The notes under the pieces were generated by a model. The model ran no database searches. It saw only the letters and a program-made list of their open reading frames with translations, and had not been told where the DNA came from. A stretch of DNA of 64,000 nt from Verrucomicrobiota bacterium (GTDB lineage Bacteria; Verrucomicrobiota; Verrucomicrobiia; Limisphaerales; JACDHS01): contig JACDHS010000001.1 of NCBI GenBank assembly GCA_013820875.1, forward strand, positions 87,154 to 151,153. Direction: 5' to 3'. The translations under genes and the position numbers were made by a program. Below are positions 56,942 to 64,000 of the stretch, piece by piece. How positions within the stretch are numbered: the first letter of the stretch is position 1; each line of letters opens with the position of its first letter.

Positions 56942-57948
56942 CGTGTCCCTCCCATCAATTCATTGGCGTACAAACTTCTTACCCATCGTCCCGGTTCCAC
57001 CTCTTTCAATTCCGGCATCGTATTTTCACATTCAGGATGAGCGCTCGGGCAGCGGGAAAAAAAACGGCATCCTGTGGAGTAATCGCCAGGCGACGGCACA
57101 TTGCCGGCGATTGCCTGCAAACGCTGGTCACCGCCCGTCAATTTCGGAACAGAATTCATCAACGCCCTGGTGTAAGGATGTAAAGGACGTTTCAGCAGAT
57201 CACGCGCAGGCGCCATTTCGACGATCTGCCCTGCATACATTACGACCACTTTGTCCGCGATGTCTCCAACGATCCCGAGATTGTGGGTGATCAACAGAAT
57301 ACTCATGCCAAACCGTTGTTTCAAATCTTTGAGTAGATCGAGAATTTGCGCCTGGATGGTGACATCAAGGGCCGTGGTCGGTTCGTCGGCGATCAGGAGT
57401 TTTGGTTGCGACGCCAAAGCCATCGCGATCATGATGCGTTGCTGCATACCGCCGGACATCTCGAACGGGTAATTGTGAATGCGCGATTCAGGAGCCGGAA
57501 TTCCGACCAGTTTCAATAAGCGAATCACTTCATCGTCAGTTGCCGCATCAGGCCGGTGCAGCTTCAAGGATTCCTTGATTTGTCGTCCCACGCGAAAAAC
57601 CGGGTTCAGCGAAGCGCCTGGCTCCTGGAAGATGTAACTCACCACACCACCACGAATTTCTCGCAATTCGCGTTTGGACATTTTCAGAACATCACGCCCA
57701 TTCAGTAAGATTTCTCCGCCGACATAATTTGCGGGAGGTGTGGAGATTAGTTTGGCGATTGAGAGGGCCGTTACACTTTTTCCGCAACCGCTCTCACCAA
57801 CAACGCAGACGGTCTCACCCGCCTCGATGGAAAATGAAACGCCATCCACCACGCGCACCGCGTTTTCGCCAGTGCCGAATTCGAGCTTAAGATTGTTGAT
57901 TGAGAGCAGCGACATGCTTGCAAATGCAGCTTTGTTCGCTGTTTTCAT
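56938..57948 (-). CDS. oppD: Oligopeptide/dipeptide ABC transporter ATP-binding protein (OppD/DppD type)
   Basis: [30 protein letters not shown] and HPYT...PSP...GC.F..RC. It overlaps oppF by 4 nt. An alternative start is at 57915 (MSLLSINNL). Confidence 0.9.
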   Translation of the reverse strand: MKTANKAAFASMSLLSINNLKLEFGTGENAVRVVDGVSFSIEAGETVCVVGESGCGKSVTALSIAKLISTPPANYVGGEILLNGRDVLKMSKRELREIRGGVVSYIFQEPGASLNPVFRVGRQIKESLKLHRPDAATDDEVIRLLKLVGIPAPESRIHNYPFEMSGGMQQRIMIAMALASQPKLLIADEPTTALDVTIQAQILDLLKDLKQRFGMSILLITHNLGIVGDIADKVVVMYAGQIVEMAPARDLLKRPLHPYTRALMNSVPKLTGGDQRLQAIAGNVPSPGDYSTGCRFFSRCPSAHPECENTMPELKEVEPGRWVRSLYANELMGGTR

Positions 57949-58068
57949 ACGTCATGCGAAGAGTTTCCGAAAGGAAAACTGCCGCGCGCCTCAATCTTTT
58001 TGGCAAGCCCTTTGTTTTCATCCTGCGTGGCATTAGTTTGAACAGGAGGGAATGAAGCCCTTCAAACC

Positions 58069-58770
58069 ATGACAACCGGGCGAAAGGAGAATATCCGGAT
58101 CGGAATCGTCGCGGCGCTTGTCATCATCGGTTTTATTGCTGCAGGACGCTTTTTGCCGTTGGGCGAGTGGCTTGGGCTTCTGAACCGGTGGACGAGCGAC
58201 CGAGGGGCTGTCGGCGTGCTGGTGTTTTCCGCAATCTATATCCTTGCGGTGCTGCTGTTGCTTCCTTCCTCCGTGTTCACAATGAGCGCGGGTGTGACAT
58301 ACGGCTTGTTGGGAGGAACGCTTCTTTCTCTCGTTAGCGCCACCTTTGGAGCCGCCATCGCTTTTGTTATTTCCCGGTGCTGCGCCCACGCTCCGGCACA
58401 GCATTGGCTCAATCGAAATCGCAGATTGAAAGCTCTCGATCGCGCTATTTCGGAACACGAATGGAAAGTTGTATTCTTATTTCGCCTGGCGCCTGTCGTT
58501 CCATTTGGTCCGGTTAATTATTCGCTCGGACTTTCGAATGTGCGCTTTTGGACTTACATCACCGCGACTGCGACGGGTATTTTGCCTGGAACATTTCTTT
58601 ACACCTACGCCGGCTACGCGGGGTATGCGTTTTTCGGTAACGGCGACACGCACACAACATTGCAGTATGCCTTGATTGCAGGCGGATTAGTCGTGGCAAT
58701 CATTCTGGTGGTTTTCCTGGGTCGCATAGCAAAACGCGCTTTGGACGACATCGACCGCAAAACAGCATAA
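58069..58770 (+). CDS. TVP38/TMEM64-family (DedA-related, SNARE-associated) membrane protein
   Basis: Polytopic, with AIYILAVLLLLPSSVFTMSAGVTYG and FLFRLAPVVPFGPVNYSLGLS characteristic of the family. Confidence 0.8.
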   Translation: MTTGRKENIRIGIVAALVIIGFIAAGRFLPLGEWLGLLNRWTSDRGAVGVLVFSAIYILAVLLLLPSSVFTMSAGVTYGLLGGTLLSLVSATFGAAIAFVISRCCAHAPAQHWLNRNRRLKALDRAISEHEWKVVFLFRLAPVVPFGPVNYSLGLSNVRFWTYITATATGILPGTFLYTYAGYAGYAFFGNGDTHTTLQYALIAGGLVVAIILVVFLGRIAKRALDDIDRKTA

Positions 58771-58780
58771 ACCAGCACCA

Positions 58781-59920
58781 CTACTGTATCCAACCGACCA
58801 CCTGGGCAAAACGAACGAAGAAATAAGCGAGTCCGGCGCAAATTGGGATCGTCAAGACCCACGCCCAAATCATCCGTTCAACCACGCCCCATTTCACCGC
58901 ATTGAAGCGTTTTGCAGCACCTACCCCCATAATGGCAGTCGAAATAACATGCGTCGTTGAAAGCGGAATACCCCAATAGCTCGCAATTTGGATGATCCCG
59001 GCCGCCGTTGTTTCTGCTGCGAATCCGTGGACCGGTTGCAACTTCACCATTTTATGGCCCAAAGTCCTGATGATTTTCCAACCGCCGGCCCACGTGCCGG
59101 CAGCCATGGTGACTGCACAGGTAATCTTGATCCAAACCGCGATCTCCAATCTTTCTCCGGCCCCAGGTTCTGGTGTGTAAAGAAATTTAAGAAAATCCGG
59201 CAGATCCTCAAAAGTTCCAGCTTTTGTCGCTGCCACCAGCGATAGCGCAATGATGCCCATTGTTTTTTGCGCATCATTCAAGCCATGGCTATACCCCATC
59301 CATGCACTGCTGGCCAACTGCAGCTTTCCAAAGATTCTGTTGACCCAGACAGGCCGCCAGGTTCGCAGGGCAAAATAGAGAAAGCCCATTAATATAAAGC
59401 CGATCACCAAACCTAAGGCTGGCGAAGTGAACATCGGAATGATCACTTTGTAGAGCAGCCCCCCTTTTTGTGTGATCGTCGTTTCCACCATCTGCTGCGT
59501 CACAGGATCAATGATCTCAACGGTTCTCGTTTGTATGTTTGTGAACTTGATGACGGACCAGTTGGCGTGCGCTGCAGCAAAGGTGGATCCCACGATTCCA
59601 CCAATCAATGCATGACTTGAACTGGAAGGAAGACCGAAATACCACGTGATCAGATTCCAAATGATGCCGGAGAGCAGGCCAAAGAGAATGGTCGTTGTGG
59701 TCACATAATTGATGTCCACCAAACCTTGTCCAATCGTACTAGCCACCGCTGTGCCCGATAATGCCCCCAACAAATTGAATGTTGCGGCCAACGCGACAGC
59801 CTGGCGCGGTGCCAGTACTTTGGTGGAAACCACCGTCGCGATGGAATTGGCGGTATCATGGAAGCCATTGATGTACTCGAATATGAGTGCAACGAGAATG
59901 ACGCAAAGGATCAGTGTCAT
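58781..59920 (-). CDS. Inorganic phosphate transporter, PiT family
   Basis: The duplicated PiT signature GFHDTANSIATVVST (N-terminal half) and GLNDAQKTMGII (C-terminal half). 379 aa and polytopic. Confidence 0.9.
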   Translation of the reverse strand: MTLILCVILVALIFEYINGFHDTANSIATVVSTKVLAPRQAVALAATFNLLGALSGTAVASTIGQGLVDINYVTTTTILFGLLSGIIWNLITWYFGLPSSSSHALIGGIVGSTFAAAHANWSVIKFTNIQTRTVEIIDPVTQQMVETTITQKGGLLYKVIIPMFTSPALGLVIGFILMGFLYFALRTWRPVWVNRIFGKLQLASSAWMGYSHGLNDAQKTMGIIALSLVAATKAGTFEDLPDFLKFLYTPEPGAGERLEIAVWIKITCAVTMAAGTWAGGWKIIRTLGHKMVKLQPVHGFAAETTAAGIIQIASYWGIPLSTTHVISTAIMGVGAAKRFNAVKWGVVERMIWAWVLTIPICAGLAYFFVRFAQVVGWIQ

Positions 59921-59930
59921 GCCGCCTTAA

Positions 59931-60560
59931 TCAGGAGTTTTTCAGAACGATGTGTGAAACGACGTTGCCGGCATCGCGACAACGATCAACCACCTTCTCC
60001 AACAATTCGTAAAGATCATGCACGATCAATGCTTTCAACGGTTCGTGTTTGCCGTGGTAAAGGTCTTTGAGTAACTCAAGCATGATCTTGTCAGCTTCAC
60101 CTTCCGCATGCTGCAGGCGATCGTTCAATTCTTTGATTTTTTCGAGCGGCGGAATCTTCCGGAGATGCTTTACCATCAGGACAAGGGTATCGCTGGCTGT
60201 GATGATCAACTCCGTTTGCCGCATGAACTCGGCGCCGTCCATCTGGGACGCAACAATCTTGTAACGTTCCGCGAATTTTTCAGTCGTCTTGGTGATTTTA
60301 TAAAGGGCGATGGAGAGCGCTTCGATATCTTCGCGTTCCAACCCGGTCACAAACGTTTTGACCAACTGTTCGCTGATTTCTTCTGTAATCCGCTTGTCCT
60401 TGCGCCGGGCATCGGCAAAGTCCTCCAGAGAGATGGATGGCTCCGGGGTTTGGATGATTTTAACGAGTGCTTGTACGCTTCCTTTGACTTCTTCTGCGCT
60501 GGCTTCGAGAAGATCAAAAAACTTGTCACCTTTTCCGAAAATTCGCTGCAACGAAAACAT
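59931..60560 (-). CDS. DUF47-family (PhoU-like) protein, the usual partner of PiT transporters
   Basis: MFSLQRIFGKGDKFFDLLEASAEEV is the typical DUF47/TIGR00153 N-terminus. It lies 10 nt upstream of the PiT gene. Confidence 0.85.
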   Translation of the reverse strand: MFSLQRIFGKGDKFFDLLEASAEEVKGSVQALVKIIQTPEPSISLEDFADARRKDKRITEEISEQLVKTFVTGLEREDIEALSIALYKITKTTEKFAERYKIVASQMDGAEFMRQTELIITASDTLVLMVKHLRKIPPLEKIKELNDRLQHAEGEADKIMLELLKDLYHGKHEPLKALIVHDLYELLEKVVDRCRDAGNVVSHIVLKNS

Positions 60561-60601
60561 AATGGCGCTTTGTGGTAACAGAATCGTAACAAAGCGCCAT
60601 T
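60561..60601 (-). promoter_or_regulatory. 13-bp perfect-stem hairpin abutting the DUF47 start codon (terminator and/or translation-control element)
   Basis: aatggcgctttgt (60561-60573) / 15-nt loop / acaaagcgccatt (60589-60601). On the minus strand the 3' arm ends at position -1 of the ATG (60558-60560). The hairpin begins 22 nt after the upstream gene's stop codon (60624-60626). Confidence 0.5.
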
Positions 60602-60623
60602 AAAAATTCTGATCTCCAGAAAT

Positions 60624-63600
60624 TTATTGCTGCCACCGCATGCGATAATAGCGGGCTGGAAGATTGGTCAGAGAGTCAGAAAACGAGAAAGTGCCGTTCG
60701 TGTTCGCCACTTCACTGACTATCTCCCAGTGAATCAGATTGGTGCTGACATCAATGTGGTAGGTTCCGTTATCGCCCTCGCCTTTGAGTTCAAACCGGCC
60801 ATCCGGCAACCGGCTGATCAGGCTAAACTGTGGATGCACCGCAAATTTCATCAGCAACGACGCCGACAAACTGGTGGCTGACCCGCTGTCATTGGACACA
60901 TCCACCCAGATCTGACCGCCATCCGACATAGTTAAGTTTGGCATGGTCAGTGTGCGATTGGTTCCCCCCGCGATGTCGGTCCCGTTGCATTTCCACTGGT
61001 ATCGCAACGGACCACCGCCAAACACCTCGATTGAAAACCGGGCGGTGCCACCATTGGTTACTATTTGATTTCCAGGGTTGAGGATAATGCTCGGCGGTTC
61101 AGCCAGGGAAAAACGAAAGGCATCAGCAACTACAGCCTTGTTGATAATGACATTTTCACCTGTGTCATTGGCCATCTGCACGTAACCCGAAGTGCCAATG
61201 GCAAAATCTAATTCCGAAGCAATCTTGCGCCAACCACCAGAACTGGAGGTCTGGTTCAGGTTCGTTACGATTGTTCCGCCATGGTAGGAGATCACCAACG
61301 ACGCTCTGCTGGTCCGAGTGGCGTTTCCGGGAAAAAAGGCATAGATATTATATTTTCCAGGCACAGCAATCGCTGGAGAGAAAGTGGCGATGCTCGTCGG
61401 ATTGCCAACAGAACTCGACGGGGCATAGTTGTAATCGAATCCATATTTATCACCAGAGGTGCTGGTGTTCCAATTCCCCTCGATCACAGCCTGCGTGTTG
61501 TCCACGATCAGATCAACCGGCGGCGGCACGGAAGCAAATTTGATTGCATCGGCCATGATCTGAAGCCCGCCTGTGCCGGTGAAAGCGTCGGTGATTTTGA
61601 CGTAACCACTGGTTCCGGCCTGAAAGTTGAACTCCCCAAGAAGGTTCCACATCCCGCCATTCGTTTGCTGGTTCACACGCACGATGGTACTTCCTCCATC
61701 GAAATTAATGACGTAAGGGGCATCCATGGCGCGATTTGATCCCTGAGGATACCAGGCGTAAACAGCGTAAGTTCCGTTAGTAATAAGGGTCGGTCGGTAT
61801 TCGAGAGACGCCCCTCCGCTCCCGGCGCCCTTGAACCTGTAATTGTCGCCATACTTATCCGTGGCGAACGTGCCAGTGCTCCATGAACCTGACACCGTGG
61901 CTTCTGGATTATCAACAATGATGTCCGGCACAAATCCTTCATGGTAAGTCATGAAACTATAAGTCTCGGAAACCGTCTCATTACCGGCAGCATCTTTTGA
62001 TTTCACTCGGAATAAATAGCCGGTGCGTTGCTCCAAATTCCTCAAGCCGACCGAATGTATCTTGGTCAAAGTTGAGTCGAACACCACTGTTCCGAAGTCT
62101 GAACCGGTCCCGAACTCAACTGTGCTATCGCTCCGCTCATCCGTGCGCCAGGTGATGTTCGCTGAAAAGTCCGACGGGGTAGCACGCACATCCCACAGTT
62201 TGGGAGCGATGTTGTCCGGCAACTTCAAATGCAAATCCAGGGTGGTCACAACACCTGCGAATACTGAAACGCTGGTCTGCATCATTCCATACCCAGGTGC
62301 CGTCGCCTTCAAAGTGTAATTCCCCGGCGGCAAGTCAACGTAGCCATAGAACCCAGTCGCATCGTTCGTCATTGTCTTGCTGATAGCCCCATTCAGAGTC
62401 ACGACCGCTCCATCGAAAATCTGCGCACCACCGTAGACAAAACCTTTTATGTGCCCCTTTGTCGGCGTCACCTTCCATGGCATTGGTGGAATGGTCGCTG
62501 GCTGGGCAAAGATCGGGGTTGGGTTGGGATCAATGGGTGTGCCATCAGGATAAGTAATTCCAGGCTGTGTTAATGCGGAAAAGAAAGTTGAACGCGTGAT
62601 GTCTCCCGCTGTTGGCACCGCCCATGAGTAACCAGCCACACCTTTCACATGATTACCGTTGGCACTCGGATCGCGGCTCATGCGCATCTGCAGCATGGCG
62701 TTGGTAGCGTGATTCAAATAGATGCCAGGCCCGAGAATCGCATGCCGATTGTATTGATGATCCTTCGTAAAATTTGCCCAATTTTCGTAGTCCAGGGCCC
62801 GCGCAGGTTCATGATGCCGGAAATACGCCATGGGAATGGCAAGATCAATCATCCCTTCTTCCATCCAACCACGCCAATCCTGCAACACACTGGTCCAGGC
62901 GGAAGAATTGTACCAACTCGCGAGCGACGTGATTCCCGGCGCAAATGTAATAGCATCTACGGAAATTTTCACATGCGGCTTGGTGGCCATCGTGTGCAAA
63001 TAGACTTTACGCATCAGTTCCGTAATCTGGTCGCGACGGAATTGTTTCCAATCTGCATCTGCCGCTTGCGGTTGGCCCGTTCTGGCAAATCGTTCGTTAA
63101 ACCGGGCTACCGTGACATCATTGTAGCCCCAGGCTGGGCTTGAATAACGGATGTAATCGAAATTCAGTCCATCCACGTCATAACGGGAAATGATATCCAT
63201 CGCGACATTGAAGGTGTGCTGTTGCGCTTCAGGGTGTCCCTGGTCAAAGGTGTAGTTTCCGCCGTCCCAGGTTGCACCACTTTCATTTTTACTAAGCCAA
63301 TCCGGATGGAGAGTATATGGGTGAGTGGGTTGTGAGGGTGCGCTTTGGCTGTTCCAAACGTGATAGGCGACTATCCATGCATGCACTTCGATTCGCGGCC
63401 CGGCATTCGTGTCGTGTGCCTTGGCAATGATGTCCGCCAGAGGATCGAAATCCGCTGCCACACCCACAGCTTTGGGCTCAAAATTGGAATCATAAAAGGC
63501 ATCTCCCCGTTTACGGACCTGGATGATGATGGCATTCAAATTGGCGGCACGCGCCGCGTTAACAATGGAAGTAATCTCCGCTGAGGTTTTGTAACTGCTA

Positions 63601-63740
63601 TTGAAGGCATCTATCCAAAAAGCCCGATATTCTTCGCTTCCATCCAGGGTTCCGTGGCCATTGCTGAAACAAACTGTAAAGAAACAAAAAACAATTCCTG
63701 CGCAAACACGCACCATGAAAGAGAGGACTGGGTGAAACAT
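60624..63740 (-). CDS. Secreted glycoside-hydrolase-like family 10 (GHL10/DUF187) protein with a long multi-domain C-terminal extension
   Basis: N-terminus: YRAFWIDAFNS...LNAIIIQVRKRGDAFY...DPLADIIAKAH...IEVHAW (GHL10-like TIM barrel). Next comes a carboxypeptidase-regulatory-like segment (GAVVTLNG...TNDATGFYGYVDLPPGNYTLKA), then an FN3-like segment. Two copies of the WSTG...DKYG.NYRF...ADAIKF domain follow. The protein ends with an Ig-like domain (PLRYQWKCNG) and a terminal beta-sandwich ending ...ARYYRMRWQQ. Confidence 0.8.
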   Translation of the reverse strand: MFHPVLSFMVRVCAGIVFCFFTVCFSNGHGTLDGSEEYRAFWIDAFNSSYKTSAEITSIVNAARAANLNAIIIQVRKRGDAFYDSNFEPKAVGVAADFDPLADIIAKAHDTNAGPRIEVHAWIVAYHVWNSQSAPSQPTHPYTLHPDWLSKNESGATWDGGNYTFDQGHPEAQQHTFNVAMDIISRYDVDGLNFDYIRYSSPAWGYNDVTVARFNERFARTGQPQAADADWKQFRRDQITELMRKVYLHTMATKPHVKISVDAITFAPGITSLASWYNSSAWTSVLQDWRGWMEEGMIDLAIPMAYFRHHEPARALDYENWANFTKDHQYNRHAILGPGIYLNHATNAMLQMRMSRDPSANGNHVKGVAGYSWAVPTAGDITRSTFFSALTQPGITYPDGTPIDPNPTPIFAQPATIPPMPWKVTPTKGHIKGFVYGGAQIFDGAVVTLNGAISKTMTNDATGFYGYVDLPPGNYTLKATAPGYGMMQTSVSVFAGVVTTLDLHLKLPDNIAPKLWDVRATPSDFSANITWRTDERSDSTVEFGTGSDFGTVVFDSTLTKIHSVGLRNLEQRTGYLFRVKSKDAAGNETVSETYSFMTYHEGFVPDIIVDNPEATVSGSWSTGTFATDKYGDNYRFKGAGSGGASLEYRPTLITNGTYAVYAWYPQGSNRAMDAPYVINFDGGSTIVRVNQQTNGGMWNLLGEFNFQAGTSGYVKITDAFTGTGGLQIMADAIKFASVPPPVDLIVDNTQAVIEGNWNTSTSGDKYGFDYNYAPSSSVGNPTSIATFSPAIAVPGKYNIYAFFPGNATRTSRASLVISYHGGTIVTNLNQTSSSGGWRKIASELDFAIGTSGYVQMANDTGENVIINKAVVADAFRFSLAEPPSIILNPGNQIVTNGGTARFSIEVFGGGPLRYQWKCNGTDIAGGTNRTLTMPNLTMSDGGQIWVDVSNDSGSATSLSASLLMKFAVHPQFSLISRLPDGRFELKGEGDNGTYHIDVSTNLIHWEIVSEVANTNGTFSFSDSLTNLPARYYRMRWQQ

Positions 63741-63872
63741 TCCGGAAATTGTTTAGCTGGAATTTGATTTTTACGCAAGTGTTCAGAAGGTTTGGTTGGC
63801 GACGCCTGCCGGGAAGCGAGCGTGCAGGAGTTTTGGCTCGCATCCAGTCGCCAGCTTTTGAAAGCTGGAGGA

Positions 63873-64000
63873 ATGTTGTCCAGACTGAAAGACAGGTGGG
63901 TGCTGATCACAGGTGCTTCTTCGGGCTTTGGCGCGGCAATCGCAAAGACTTTCGCTGCGGAAGGCGCCAAACTCCTGCTCGGTGCCCGTCGGGAGGAACG
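63873..64000 (+). CDS. Short-chain dehydrogenase/reductase (SDR), N-terminal part (runs off the right edge)
   Basis: Not in the ORF track because it is truncated. The ATG at 63873 is preceded by GGAGG at 63867-63871. It reads MLSRLKDRWVLITGASSGFGAAIAKTFAAEGAKLLLGARREE, with the TGxxxGxG NAD(P)-binding motif. Confidence 0.75.
   Translation, partial: MLSRLKDRWVLITGASSGFGAAIAKTFAAEGAKLLLGARREE

Overview
This 64-kb chromosomal segment looks like a PVC-superphylum genome, most likely Verrucomicrobiota. That is an inference from gene content. There are five type-IV-pilin-like proteins with the N-terminal FTLIELLVV methylation motif and H-Xn-DG-like C-termini. There are two ~1000-aa proteins built as dehydrogenase domain + HEAT repeats + C-terminal CxxCH. 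There are also Ig-decorated pectate lyases. I could not run BLAST or HMM searches, so every call rests on motifs read from the translations. Contents by region:
- 0-3 kb: a partial ABC ATPase (missing from the ORF track), two pilin-like genes and a tandem pair of small membrane-anchored paralogues.
- 3-4 kb: a repeat-dense intergenic region.
- 4-15 kb: housekeeping genes, namely a MidA-type methyltransferase, pilT, a second pilT-family ATPase with a coupled receiver-like ORF, tlyA, nadK, a LacI regulator, an RsmB/Sun-type methyltransferase and acnA.
- 14.7-15.9 kb: a gene-free stretch with two MITE-like palindromic elements.
- 16-24 kb: two paralogous haem-binding giant proteins flanking an M23 peptidase and a TolB-like protein.
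- 25.6-45 kb: a pectin/galacturonate utilisation locus with uxaE, TRAP dctPQM, GH28, a XylR/AraC-type regulator, three pectate lyases, uxaC and a non-catalytic modular surface protein.
- 45-50 kb: tRNA-Lys(CTT) and imuB-dnaE2.
- 50-64 kb: dxr-cdsA with a PEP-hydrolase-like gene, two more pilin-like genes behind orphan oppDF ATPases, a TVP38 protein, DUF47-Pit, a 1038-aa GHL10-type protein and the start of an SDR gene (also missing from the ORF track).

The most unusual signals are not genes:
- Five separate intergenic tandem arrays have unrelated unit sequences but all share a 41-43 bp period.
- A palindromic element is present once intergenically and once in-frame inside dnaE2.

I found no canonical defence system, CRISPR array, transposase or phage gene.
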